A stretch of 64,000 bases of DNA from assembly GCA_964016885.1 (NCBI GenBank), contig OZ024746.1:17670001-17734000 (forward strand), given 5' to 3'. The stretch is from Eledone cirrhosa (taxonomy: Eukaryota). The notes below the pieces were generated by a model, which saw only the letters and a program-made list of their open reading frames with translations, had not been told where the DNA came from and did no database searches. The position numbers and the translations under genes were made by a program. This document shows, one piece after another, positions 25,855 to 38,275 of this stretch. Each line of letters starts with the position of its first letter. The first letter of the stretch is position 1.

Positions 25855-26822
25855 CGGGAGGTACATTCAAGACCTTTTTGAGACTTTTTCTTTTCAGGCA
25901 GTTTTAATTGATCTATGTAACTATCACTCTAATACACCCTTAATGTGGTTATAATAAGCAAACATTATACATGTCTTGTCACAGCTGGCTGGTTCTACAA
26001 CTGAGACGTGAGGACAACTCACTCGGAGGCTCAACAACAATGCTGCAGAAACCTATGAATGGTCAAAACTGCTTACAGACTAACTTTTATGAGCTGAGCT
26101 ATTGTTTTCCACTGGCACAAGAGGTTCCAGTTGGGCAGGGGGAAGATGAGGGACAACGAGAGATGTGGCAGGGTGAGGGATATCAGGATGCCAAAGTTCA
26201 TTGATAAAATTTGCAAATTTCTGGATGAGGACCGTCATGCATCTCTTAACAATTTCTAAAGAATTTGAAGTGGCTGAGGGCACTGTGTGCAGAGTCATTC
26301 ATGACAATCTGAATATGCAAAAAGTTTGTTCCCAGGGTGCTCAATGAAGATCAAAGGTAGGGGCACATTGATGACAGCATGGAGATGGTCGAGTGGATTG
26401 CTTCAAATCCAAGTGTCCTTGAGTCTCTGGTAACCAGTGATGAGAGCTGGGTCTACTGTTATGATCCAGAGACCAAGAATCAGAATGCCTAGTGGAAACA
26501 TTCTGACACCCCAAGACCCACGAAGGCCAGGAAAAGTAGGTCCACTGGGAAGTTCATGATGATCCCATTCTTTGACAGCAAGGGCATCATCTACACCTAC
26601 TGCCAGACAATCAACAAAGACTACTATGTAGAAGTTTTGGACCAGTTCAGAAAGAGATTTCTTTGTAAGAGACCAGACCTCTTCAAATCTGGTCAGTGGC
26701 AACTGCACCAGGACAATGCCCCCTGCTATAAATTCATGCTGGTGACCAACTACTTGGTGGTTATGGAGATCAAGACTGTCTCTCATTTTCCCTGTAGCCC
26801 AGACTTAGCCCCAAGCGACTTT
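25855..26822 (+). mobile_element. Mariner (DD34D) transposase pseudogene, 3'-truncated
   Basis: LVTSDESWVYCYDPETK, FFDSKGII, LHQDNAP and CSPDLAPSDF motifs, with internal stops and frameshifts; it ends in a (GT)n tract. Confidence 0.92.
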
Positions 26823-26825
26823 GTG

Positions 26826-26862
<37 letters not shown>

Positions 26863-28604
26863 TGTGTGTGTGTGTGTGTGCACAATCATGTCTCCAAAGA
26901 GTTATGTTAATTAATCATGTTTAACTTTAATTATCCTGTAATACTGACACCTCCTCCCCATGCCTACCACCACCACCACCACCACCACCACCATCCCCAA
27001 TAATGCACCTCTACCCCCACCCCCACCACAAAGATTAGTTCCCTCTCAGAACTCCTTATTTTCTTCATTAAATGACAAGACAAGAAGGAAGTGTGTGTGT
27101 AGTGCGATGGTGATGATATATTTACAGTGAGGGGGGGGGGGGGTAATGGTGTGATGTTGATATATTTACAGTGTGTATGTATGTATGTATGTGTGTGGAG
27201 GGGGGGTGATGGTGTGATGTTATATTTACAGTGAGAGGGGGTGATGGTGACAATGTTGATATATTTAGTGACGGGGGGGGGAGGAGGTGATATTGACATT
27301 GTTGATATAGTTACAGTGTGTGTGTATGTGGGGGGGGGGTGATGGTGTGATGATGATATATTTACAGTGGGGTTTAGGGGTTGATGCCCCCCCCCATGAT
27401 ATATTTACAGTGTGTGTATGTGTGTGTGGGGGGGGGGGGGGGGGCTGAAGATGATATATTTACAGTGAGTGGCTTAGATTAAAAGACTTATATAATTTGT
27501 CAACAACCTTATGAGATTACCACATGGGGCCTTTGTCAGGCTTCTCTTCCATTTGGGGAGCTTTTCTAATTTGTTTTGTAATTTCTCTGATTTTTGTTTA
27601 TTAAAGAGAACAACTCTCACCTAATCCTCCATAATCACTCCCCTCCTCTCCCTTCCACCATAACCCTTCCCCTCCCTTCCACCATAACCACTCCCCCCCC
27701 CCCCCCGCCGCCACCATAACCATTCCACCTCCCTGCCACCATAACCTCTCCACCTCCTCGCCACCATAACCTCTCCACTCTCCATCCACCATACCCACTC
27801 CCCTCCACCTGTAATTCCTACATGGCTTCTCTCACATGTTCATGCAATATCTTCCTTTTCATGTGTTTATCATTCTCATAAATATACCTCCCTCCCATTA
27901 CCATAGCTATGTGGTTGAGGAGGATCGTATTGTAACCACACAGTATTTGGGGTTTCCATCTCAATGGCACCTTCGGCAACTATCTTCTACTACAGCCTCA
28001 GGTTAATATAACCACCATGCCAACATTCACACACATTACTGTGTGCTGTTTTTCTCAGGCTTCTCAGCTGATTCTACTTTTTATCATTTTTTTTTGGGGG
28101 GGGGGGGGGGGGGGGGTTGTAATTTATTTTTCTTGTTTATTAAACAGAACAACCTCACCTAATCCACCATTATCACTCAATCCCCTCCACCATAACCACT
28201 CTTCTCCACCATTATCACTCCCTCCCTTCCACCTGTTACTCTTACATGGATTCTCTCACATATTCATGTGATATCTTCATTCTCATGTGTTATCTTTCTC
28301 ATAACTATGTGGTTGATAGCTTGAGGGGTTTACTTTGTAACCACATACTTTTGGGGTTCCATCTCACTTGATGGCACTTTGGGTAGGTGTATTCTATTGC
28401 AGTCTCAGATTGATCAAAGCCTTGTAAGTGAAATTTCATCATCATCATCATCATCATTATCACAATTTAACATCCATTCTCCATGCTAGCATGGGTTAGA
28501 CAAGCTGTCCTGTTGTGGGACAAGTTAAATCGATGATCGTGTCTTGTTCATACAGAATTGTTTCTGGCTTGGTTTCTACAGCTGGATGTCATTCCTAATG
28601 CCAA

Positions 28605-28870
28605 CCACATTTACAGTGTGGACTGGGTGCTTTTTATCATGGCCCCAAAATAACCATGTTACAGTATAGACTGGGTGCTTTTTATCATGGCCCCAAAATA
28701 ACCATGTTACAGTATGGACTGGGTGCTTTTTGTCGTGGCACCAAAATAACAATGTTACAGTATAGACTGGCTGCTTTTTACCGTGGCACCAAAATAACCA
28801 TGTTACAGTATGGACTGTGTGCTTTTTGTCATGTTGCCACATGACCACTTTATAGTGTGGAGTGGGTGCT
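28605..28870. repeat. Tandem repeat of 48 bp inside a family B SINE
   Basis: About 5 copies of TTACAGTATRGACTGGGTGCTTTTTATCATGGCCCCAAAATAACCATG (TTACAGT recurs at 28659, 28707, 28755, 28803). Confidence 0.85.
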
Positions 28871-29748
28871 TTTTTTTTTTTTTGGTGGGGGAGATGAGTG
28901 ATAAAAACTGTATTTTTATTCCAATGGATTACTTTTTGCCAAAGTAAGTTCCCAACAAATCCTATGGATTCTGGATTTATTAACATCTGCTCCCCTCACA
29001 TAAATGACAAAAAGTTTTTAGTTTCACCTGTTTAGCCATTGAATTATCAGACAAGGTGATCCTGTAGGTACACAGGTAAAATTCTAGACCACGACTTTTT
29101 AGGCTTTCCAAGGATTTAGATTACTTTCTGTATGTCCCACCCTTGCGAGCAGGGAAGAGCGGACGTAAAATGATGATAATGATGATGATGATATGTTGCA
29201 GCCAAAGAAAAAAGAAATGGCCATCATGCTCACACAACACATGTGAAAGTTACTTAGATCAAGTGATGCCTGTGCTTAAACAGCCTTGCACTGGACCAAA
29301 CCCACTCTCTGAACAACGGCGACAGGTATTCAAAACAAAGAACAGGTCAACATCATTGATACACACACAAATATATATGCATACACACACACACACACAC
29401 ATATATATATATGTATACACTCATATATATATATTATTCTATACATATATACACATATATATGTACATATGCAAGCACACACGTATATGCGTGCGTGTGT
29501 GTGTGAGAGAATTCCATATATTGTAGGTCGCTTTCATTTGATTGATAAATACATGTCGACATTATAAACAAGTCTAAATATACAGATTAAATATATGTAA
29601 TAGAGAGAGGGAGTGTAGAGCAGGGCGGGGGGTGGGGAGACAGTGACTGAGAAGAGATACAGAGACTATGTAAGATCCCCCCCCCCCCATCACCACCAAG
29701 TAGTCAAATGCATATTCTCACTCATATATATATACACACACACGTGCG

Positions 29749-29779
<31 letters not shown>

Positions 29780-30814
29780 GTGTGTGGTATATATACAAAC
29801 ACTTACTCACGCATATATACATACAATCACACAGACATGCATATATATATACATATATATATATGCATGTGTGTGTGTATATATATACATATACACACAC
29901 ACAGACTCACACAAAGCTATTATTTACAACTTCTTACTTTGTGTAAAATGTAAATACATGCTATTAGATTGCAGTTAATTGAATCATCAGTTTAATTAAA
30001 AGAATTCAGGACAATTATTTTCAATTTATTTTTTTCCCTAGAAAACACATAAAAGATGACGTAAAGGGAATTAGGCCAACAAATTGCTCCACTTGTTTTT
30101 GTGGCCATCATACAGTTGACTGTGACCAGTTATTGCTAGATGGTAAGGTAACTGTCTGTTGTGTTATTTCCTTGTAACTGAGAAAGATAGAGTTACACTA
30201 TTAAATGTTTCAGCTCAAATATTTTCATATCAGTATCACTTAAATATATCAACCATTTCAGCCCTTTCATAATTATGCAGGAGAGTAAAGTTGATTGAAT
30301 TGACCCCAGTGCATTACTGGTACTTTATTTTGTCGACCACATAAGGATGAAAGGCAAAGCTAAGTTTGGTGGGATTTGAAATCAGCACGTAAAGTATTGT
30401 AATTCTATGTCAATCTCCCACATTTTATATTTATAATGAAATACATTGTATTTCAATTTAATCCACAATTCATTCTTTGTTTACCCCCCCCCCCCTCTCT
30501 TTCTCAGCTATACTCCACGGAACCTTCCTATTTCTTTTCTTTCCAGTTTTCACTGCTGTTCTACATTGTTACTCACAACTCACTCTCATATCTCACTCCT
30601 CGCACATGCAGTGTACATGTTTCTCTTCCATTCTTTCCAGCATTCTCTGTTGCTCCATGTTCATTACCCCATGTCTCACTCCTATAAATCATGGCACTTC
30701 TCACACATACATTATACACCTTTCCAGGTTTACAATAAATTCACTCTATCCCCGTGAGTTGTAAGAGGCTGCTAAAAAGATCTCCCAGTTTACATGTATC
30801 ACCTGTCATTAACA

Positions 30815-30958
30815 TTGTGTCACCACAGACTAACCCCTGATCATCAGGTGGTCAGGATGGTAACAACAATGTATATATTACTTTGATCTCTCAGTCTACA
30901 GGTATTTAGTGTCATCAAAGACTAACCACTGGTCATCAGGTGGTCAAGATGATGACAG

Positions 30959-31005
<47 letters not shown>

Positions 31006-31093
31006 AATACATATTACTTTGATCTCTCAGTCTCAGGTATTTAGTGTCATCAAAGACTAACCACTGGTCATCAGGTGGTCAAGATGATGACAG

Positions 31094-31128
<35 letters not shown>

Positions 31129-31262
31129 AATACATATTACTTTGATCTCTACTCAGTTTACAGGTAGTGTTACCAAAGACTAAATACTGACCATCACGTG
31201 GTCAACATGATGACAGTAATATATATATATATTACTTTGATCTCTCCTCAGTTTACAGGTCA
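30815..31262. repeat. Tandem repeat of about 100-130 bp with an embedded variable (TA)n
   Basis: About 4 units of TTACTTTGATCTCTCAG...CAAAGACTAACCACTGGTCATCAGGTGGTCAAGATGATGACAGCA(AT)n. Confidence 0.85.
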
Positions 31263-31598
31263 ACTTTACCTTTCATCTTTTCAAGATCAATAAACGCCAT
31301 TTCAGTGCAATGGATTAACAGAATTGTTAAAGAATCAGACAAGATGTCGCCCAACTTCTGACTCTTAACATTCTGAGTTTGAATCCCACTGTAATCCACT
31401 CTGCCTTTCTTCTTTTTGAGATTGATAAAATAAAGTACCAGTCAAATACTGGAGTCTACTCATCTTTTCTGGAATAAATCAGCTTTGTTAACAATTTTCA
31501 GGGGTCATTAAATAAAATACCTGTCCAATACTCTTTTTCTCTCTCTCAGAATTCGGCTGTGGTCAAACAGATAAGGATGGACACTGTGCTATGTTTAA

Positions 31599-31806
31599 CA
31601 CTTTAGCATTTACATTACTCTATATTTACTATTGTATTTTGATAGTAAAGGTTTTACCTCACATAATATCGAATCTATGAGATTTTTATATTATTTATTT
31701 TGAGAACAATGCCTTAACATCAGTATGAGTGGCCAATTATGGCTGGTTTAAACAGAAAGAGGCGAGAGAATTCTAGCTGGATACAGCCGATTTAAATGCT
31801 AAAGGG
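31599..31806. mobile_element. piggyBac-type MITE
   Basis: TTAA|CACTTTAGCATT ... AATGCTAAAGGG|TTAA, homologous to 13644-13865. Confidence 0.75.
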
Positions 31807-32749
31807 TTAAAACGTTGAGTGATGGCACCCCGACGACTCCATTAAGGAATTATGGGATTAGTGATTAGTGATCAATGAATTCCTATCAAAACTAATTGAG
31901 ATAAAATATGTTTGCCAGGCTCAACTTAAAGTCAAGATTCAATGGTTTGAATAAAATACCATTTAACATTTAATCCCTTGCTACACCGTTTTTAAAAGTC
32001 AACACAGTAAATAAAAAGATTTAAAGCACAAAATGGGAAATATGTTGTCAACAGTTAAATGTTCGTTAATAATTTGAATGGCTCAGACATATTTTATAAC
32101 ATAAATTAATTAGTTTAATTAAATTTATTGAATTGAATTTAATGATTATGGTGAATGATCATTTTGTTTAAATGTTTATTCAATTATATAATCACTATTT
32201 GCTTTTGTTGTTGTTGATGATGATGATGATTGTGGTGTTGGTTGTAATGGTGGTGGTAGTGGTGTTAGATGTGGTGGCGGCGGTGGTTAGATGACTAGTA
32301 TGATAATAATTATTATGATGATGTTAGTGGTGGTGATGGTGGTGGTTAGATGACTAGGATGATGATGTTGATGGTGATGGTTAGATGACTCCAGTATGAA
32401 AACCAAACAACTTACTCTAGCAGACATTACTTTGTCAACAGTTAAACATTCATCACTAATTTAAATGGCTTAGAAATATTTTCTAACAAAAATCAATTGT
32501 TTGTTAGCCTAATATTAGCTGCTTCAATATAGGTTTTTTACTATGAAAATAGTCAAGTTGGGCAGGTAAGCCCCTAGAGACAGAGAAAATAGACAGGCAA
32601 TATAGTATTAATTGCTTTATTTAAATGTTTATTTAATTATAGGTATCCTTCATACTTTGTTTCACCCTGCCTTCATCACATCCTAACCCCCTAATAATTA
32701 TCTGTGGGAGAAAAAAAAGCACTGCTTGAAAATGAAAGGTAAAAAGGAA

Positions 32750-33190
32750 ATTTATAGCTCACACTTGTGTAGCTTTAGCTGGCCTTCTACAAGGTTGTAT
32801 CTTATAGGTTTCTTGGGTATTTTAATGATAGTGGCTCAGGTTCTAGCATGTTGTTGTTGTTACAGCTTGCACCCATGTAGGTTTAGCTGGTTTCCTACAA
32901 GGTTGTATCTCATATGAGGTTTCTTGAATGTTTTAATGATGATGACCCCAGCTCTGTCATGTTGTTAGAGCTCACACCTATGTAGGTATAGCAGGCCTTC
33001 TACAAGGTTTCATCCTTTAGGCCCTTTCTATGGTGTTTTAATGACTGCAGCCCTATCATGTTGGTGTTGTTACATTTCATACCTATGTAGGTTTAGCTGG
33101 TCTCATATAAGGTCGCATCTCATGGGAGTTTTCTCAAGTGTTTAAATAACAGGGGCTCCAGTCCTATCATGTTATTGTTACAGCTCATTC
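32750..33190. repeat. Degenerate tandem repeat of about 105 bp (second array 63588-64000)
   Basis: About 4 units of TTACAGCTCACACCTATGTAGGTTTAGCTGG...CAAGGTTGTATCTCAT...GTTTTAATGAT. Confidence 0.85.
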
Positions 33191-33267
33191 TGTTTGGAAT
33201 ATAACTTAATAAAGGTACTTACGGAGAATTATGATGGAAGTTTTTTAGATAAATATCTAGAAATCAA

Positions 33268-36200
33268 TTAAGTTGATGTTTGACTGGTACAGCCAGACAT
33301 TGAGGTACCACTGTTGTAGCCAGTCATGGAGGTACCACTGTTGTAGTCAGTCGTGGAGGTACCACTGTTGTAGCCAGTCGTGGAGGTACCACTGTTGTAG
33401 CCAGTCATGGAGGTACCACTGTTGTAGCCAGTTGTTGAGGTACCACTGTTGTAGCCAGTTGTTGAGGTACCACTGTTGTAGCCAGTCGTGGAGGTACCAC
33501 TGTTGTAGCCAGTCGTGGAGGTACCACTGTTGTAGCCAGTTGTTGAGGTACCACTATTGTAGCCAGTTGTTGAGGTACCACTGTTGTAGCCAGTTGTTGA
33601 GGTACCACTGTTGTAGCTAGTTGTGGAGGTACCACTGTTGTAGCCAGTTGTGGAGGTACCACTGTTGTAGCCAGTTGTTGAGGTACCACTGTTGTAGCCA
33701 GTTGTGGAGGTACCACTGTTGTAGCCAGTTGTTGGGGTACCACTGTTGTAGCCAGTTGTTGAGGTACCACTGTTGTAGCCAGTTGTTGAGGTACCACTGT
33801 TGTAGCCAGTTGTTGAGGTACCACTGTTGTAGCCAGTTGTTGGGGTACCACTGTTGTAGCCAGTTGTTGAGGTACCACTGTTGTAGCCAGTTGTTGAGGT
33901 ACCACTGTTGTAGCCAGTTGTTGAGGTACCACTGTTGTAGCCAGTTGTTGGGGTACCACTGTTGTAGCCAGTTGTTGAGGTACCACTGTTGTAGCCAGTT
34001 GTTGAGGTACCACTGTTGTAGCCAGTTGTTGAGGTACCACTGTTGTAGCCAGTTGTTGGGGTACCACTGTTGTAGCCAGTTGTTGAGGTACCACTGTTGT
34101 AGCCAGTTGTTGAGGTACCACTGTTGTAGCCAGTTGTTGAGGTACCACTGTTGTAGCCAGTTGTTGGGGTACCACTGTTGTAGCCAGTCGTTGAGGTACC
34201 ACTGTTGTAGCCAGTTGTTGAGGTACCACTGTTGTAGCCAGTTGTGGAGGTACCACTGTTGTAGCCAGTCATGGAGGTACCACTGTTGTAGCCAGTCGTG
34301 GAGGTACCACTGTTGTAGCCAGTTGTGGAGGTACCACTGTTGTAGCCAGTCGTGGAGGTACCACTGTTGTGGCCAGTTGTGGAGGTACCACTGTTGTGGC
34401 CAGTTGTGGAGGTACCACTGTTGTAGCCAGTTGTTGAGGTACCACTGTTGTAGCCAGTCATGGAGGTACCACTGTTGTAGCCAGTCGTGGAGGTACCACT
34501 GTTGTAGCCAGTTGTGGAGGTACCACTGTTGTAGCCAGTCGTGGAGGTACCACTGTTGTAGCCAGTCGTGGAGGTACCACTGTTGTAGCCAGTTGTTGAG
34601 GTACCACTGTTGTAGCCAGTCGTGGAGGTACCACTGTTGTAGCCAGTCGTGGAGGTACCACTGTTGTAGCCAGTCATGGAGGTACCACTGTTGTAGCCAG
34701 TCGTGGAGGTACCACTGTTGTAGCCAGTCGTGGAGGTACCACTGTTGTAGCCAGTCGTGGAGGTACCACTGTTGTAGCCAGTTGTTGAGGTACCACTGTT
34801 GTAGCCAGTCGTGGAGGTACCACTGTTGTAGCCAGTCGTGGAGGTACCACTGTTGTAGCCAGTCATGGAGGTACCACTGTTGTAGCCAGTCATGGAGGTA
34901 CCACTGTTGTAGCCAGTCGTGGAGGTACCACTGTTGTAGCCAGTCGTGGAGGTACCACTGTTGTAGCCAGTTGTGGAGGTACCACTGTTGTAGCCAGTTG
35001 TGGAGGTACCACTGTTGTAGCCAGTCGTGGAGGTACCACTGTTGTAGCCAGTCATGGAGGTACCACTGTTGTAGCCAGTCATGGAGGTACCACTGTTGTA
35101 GCCAGTCGTGGAGGTACCACTGTTGTAGCCAGTCGTGGAGGTACCACTGTTGTAGCCAGTTGTTGAGGTACCACTGTTGTAGCCAGTCGTGGAGGTACCA
35201 CTGTTGTAGCCAGTTGTTGAGGTACCACTGTTGTAGCCAGTCGTGGAGGTACCACTATTGTAGCCAGTCATGGAGGTACCACTGTTGTAGCCAGTCATGG
35301 AGGTACCACTGTTGTAGCCAGTCGTGGAGGTACCACTGTTGTAGCCAGTCGTGGAGGTACCACTGTTGTAGCCAGTTGTTGAGGTACCACTGTTGTAGCC
35401 AGTCGTGGAGGTACCACTGTTGTAGCCAGTCGTGGAGGTACCACTGTTGTTGCCAGTTGTTGAGGTACCACTGTTGTAGCCAGTCGTGGAGGTACCACTG
35501 TTGTAGCCAGTCGTGGAGGTACCACTGTTGTAGCCAGTTGTTGAGGTACCACTGTTGTAGCCAGTCGTGGAGGTACCACTGTTGTAGCCAGTCGTGGAGG
35601 TACCACTGTTGTAGCCAGTTGTTGAGGTACCACTGTTGTAGCCAGTCGTGGAGGTACCACTGTTGTAGCCAGTCGTGGAGGTACCACTGTTGTAGCCAGT
35701 TGTTGAGGTACCACTGTTGTAGCCAGTCATGGAGGTACCACTGTTGTAGCCAGTTGTGCAGGTACCACTGTTGTAGCCAGTCATGGAGGTACCACTGTTG
35801 TAGCCAGTCATGGAGGTACCACTGTTGTAGCCAGTTGTTGAGGTACCACTGTTGTAGCCAGTTGTTGAGGTACCACTGTTGTAGCCAGTTGTGGAGGTAC
35901 CACTGTTGTAGCCAGTCGTGGAGGTACCACTGTTGTAGCCAGTTGTTGAGGTACCACTGTTGTAGCCAGTCATGGAGGTACCACTGTTGTAGCCAGTTGT
36001 TGAGGTACCACTGTTGTAGCCAGTTGTTGAGGTACCACTGTTGTAGCCAGTCGTGGAGGTACCACTGTTGTAGCCAGTTGTTGAGGTACCACTGTTGTAG
36101 CCAGTCGTGGAGGTACCACTGTTGTTGCCAGTCATTGGGGTACCACTGTTGTAGCCAGTTGTTGAGGTACCACTGTTGTAGCCAGTCGTGGAGGTACCAC

Positions 36201-36567
36201 TGTTGTAGCCAGTTGTGCAGGTACCACTGTTGTAGCCAGTCATGGAGGTACCACTGTTGTTGCCAGTCATCGGGGTACCACTGTTGTAGTCAGTTGTTGA
36301 GGTACCACTCTTGTAGTCAGTTGTTGAGGTACCACTGTTGTAGCCAGTTGTTGAGGTACCACTGTTGTAGCCAGTCGTGGAGGTATCACTGTTGTAGCCA
36401 GTTGTGCAGGTACCACTGTTGTAGCCAGTCGTGGAGGTACCACTGTTGTTGCCAGTCATTGGGGTACCACTGTTGTAGTCAGTTGTTGAGGTACCACTGT
36501 TGTAGTCAGTTGTGGAGGTACCACTGTTGTAGCCAGTCGTGGAGGTACCACTGTTGTTGCCAGTCAT
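33268..36567 (-). CDS. Uncertain 1099-codon ORF of (GYNSGTSTT)n nonapeptide repeats
   Basis: ATG-to-TAA open frame, but it lies almost wholly within the 27-bp array. There is no signal peptide, and an in-frame TAG lies just upstream in a degenerate unit. Confidence 0.3.
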   Translation of the reverse strand: MTGNNSGTSTTGYNSGTSTTDYNSGTSTTDYNSGTPMTGNNSGTSTTGYNSGTCTTGYNSDTSTTGYNSGTSTTGYNSGTSTTDYKSGTSTTDYNSGTPMTGNNSGTSMTGYNSGTCTTGYNSGTSTTGYNSGTSTTGYNSGTPMTGNNSGTSTTGYNSGTSTTGYNSGTSTTGYNSGTSTTGYNSGTSTTGYNSGTSMTGYNSGTSTTGYNSGTSTTGYNSGTSTTGYNSGTSTTGYNSGTSTTGYNSGTSMTGYNSGTSMTGYNSGTCTTGYNSGTSMTGYNSGTSTTGYNSGTSTTGYNSGTSTTGYNSGTSTTGYNSGTSTTGYNSGTSTTGYNSGTSTTGYNSGTSTTGYNSGTSTTGYNSGTSTTGNNSGTSTTGYNSGTSTTGYNSGTSTTGYNSGTSTTGYNSGTSTTGYNSGTSMTGYNSGTSMTGYNSGTSTTGYNSGTSTTGYNSGTSTTGYNSGTSTTGYNSGTSTTGYNSGTSTTGYNSGTSMTGYNSGTSMTGYNSGTSTTGYNSGTSTTGYNSGTSTTGYNSGTSTTGYNSGTSTTGYNSGTSMTGYNSGTSMTGYNSGTSTTGYNSGTSTTGYNSGTSTTGYNSGTSTTGYNSGTSTTGYNSGTSTTGYNSGTSMTGYNSGTSTTGYNSGTSTTGYNSGTSTTGYNSGTSTTGYNSGTSTTGYNSGTSTTGYNSGTSTTGYNSGTSMTGYNSGTSTTGYNSGTSTTGHNSGTSTTGHNSGTSTTGYNSGTSTTGYNSGTSTTGYNSGTSMTGYNSGTSTTGYNSGTSTTGYNSGTSTTGYNSGTPTTGYNSGTSTTGYNSGTSTTGYNSGTSTTGYNSGTPTTGYNSGTSTTGYNSGTSTTGYNSGTSTTGYNSGTPTTGYNSGTSTTGYNSGTSTTGYNSGTSTTGYNSGTPTTGYNSGTSTTGYNSGTSTTGYNSGTSTTGYNSGTPTTGYNSGTSTTGYNSGTSTTGYNSGTSTTGYNSGTSTTSYNSGTSTTGYNSGTSTTGYNSGTSTTGYNSGTSTTGYNSGTSTTGYNSGTSTTGYNSGTSTTGYNSGTSMTGYNSGTSTTGYNSGTSTTDYNSGTSMTGYNSGTSMSGCTSQTST

Positions 36568-36655
36568 TGGGGTACCACTCTAATAGCTAGTTGTTGGGGT
36601 GCCACTGTTGTAGCCAGTCATTGGGGGTGCCATTCAAGTAGCCAGTTGTTGGGGT
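33292..36655. repeat. Minisatellite, 27 bp x about 124
   Basis: Unit GAGGTACCACTGTTGTAGCCAGTYRTK, with higher-order periodicity of variants (a P variant every 4 units at about 33730-34170) and degenerate units at the 36570-36655 end. Confidence 0.98.
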
Positions 36656-37566
36656 TCCCCTCTAGAAGTGACTGTGTGCCCATTATGACATTTCAATGGA
36701 CCTTAGAAATGCTTGGCAGAGCCAATCTTCTCTTCAAGCAGAGATAAATACAAACACTTTTGTATCATAGAACTAAGGGGGGTTTCAGGAGGTTTGGTAT
36801 CTAAAGGGTCAGGAATATTGGTTTAAGAATACAGGAATACTAGTTGAAGACTACAAGAACACTAGTTTAAGAATACAAGAACACTAGTTGAAGATTACAA
36901 GAATGAACAATGAAGAAGCAACTTATAAAAAGCTAAGAAGTTAATTTGATTTCAACAGCCAAGTCAGAGGGAGGGAGAGAGCTAGGATGGGGCGAGAGCA
37001 GAATGTCTTTTTGTAAAAGAAGACATTCTGCAAGCAGTCTTATCTTAGAACTAACATTATCTATTTATTGGCAGGGTGGAGATTTCCTGCAGAATTCTTT
37101 CAAAACCACTATCAACGGTTGTTATGTGTTAAATTGCTATTTCTTCCCATGCCAATTCCAAGAGTGTGTGTCTACTTGTATATATATATATATATATATG
37201 CATGTGTGTGTGTGTGTGTGTATGTGTGTATACACACACACACATACATCAACATCATTATCATCATCATTTTTACATGCTGACATGGTTATGATGCAAC
37301 GATTCAGAAGTGTTTGTTTTGTTTGTTTAAATACTGTACACACCTTCCTTCATCTATGTCTCTGGTGGTATTTGTTCAGGTTCTATCTACCCTGAGTTCA
37401 AATCCCAGCCAAGTCAACTTTATCTTACATCTTCTGTAGGAGTTGGTTCAATAATATAGAACCAGACCAGAAGGGGGAGATTGTCAGACTTTTTAGGGAA
37501 CTGGACAAGATACTTTGCTGAATTTTTCTGGGGTTTTTTTAATTCTGTGTTCAAATGTCAAAGTGA

Positions 37567-38275
37567 CCTTGTGTGGTAGACTAAATCTGTCACCCAGTTT
37601 AACACAACCAACTGGTCCTTGGGTGGTAGACTAAATCTGTCACCCAGTTTAACACAACCACCTGGTCCTTGGGTGGTAGACTAAATCTGTCACCCAGTTT
37701 AACACAACCACCTGGTCCTTGGGTGGTAGACTTAATCTGTCACCCAGTTTAACACAACCAACTGGTCCTTTGGTGGTAGACTTAATCTGTCACGCAGTTT
37801 AATAGCACCACCTGGTCCTTGGGTGGTAGACTTAATCTGTCACGCAGTTTAATAGCACCACCTGGTCCTTGGGTGGTAGACTAAATCTGTCACGCAGTTT
37901 AATAGCACCACCTGGTCCTTGGGTGGTAGACTAAATCTGTCACCCAGTTTAACACAACCACCTGGTCCTTGGGTGGTAGACTTAATCTGTCACCCAGTTT
38001 AACACAACCAACTGGTCCTTTGGTGGTAGACTTAATCTGTCACGCAGTTTAATAGCACCACCTGGTCCTTGGGTGGTAGACTTAATCTGTCACCCAGTTT
38101 AATAGCACCACCTGGTCCTTGGGTGGTAGACTTAATCTGTCACCCAGTTTAACACAACCACCTGATCCTTGGGTGGTAGACTTAATATGTCACCCAGTTT
38201 AACACAACCACCTGGTCTTTGGGTGGTAGACTAAATCTGTCACCCAGTTTAATATCACTACATGGCCCTTGGGTA
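37567..38275. repeat. Minisatellite, 50 bp x about 14
   Basis: Unit CCTTGGGTGGTAGACTWAATCTGTCACSCAGTTTAA..., period 50 bp. Confidence 0.96.

Noticed and set aside
30920-31100. CTGATGA on the minus strand in tandem units, as possible hammerheads
   Set aside because: There is no GAAA-stem III-NUH or stem I at a suitable spacing.
33215-33267. Strong GTAAGT donor after the repeat ORF that could link it to the EGF exon
   Set aside because: All three minus frames hit a stop before the donor, and the intervening sequence resembles a dispersed repeat seen near 42810.
33621-36590. 989-aa plus-strand ORF (RYHCCSQLL)n and the minus-strand (LATTVVPQQ)n ORFs
   Set aside because: These are alternative readings of the 27-bp array; variants are non-synonymous or create stops, and there is no unique flanking coding sequence.
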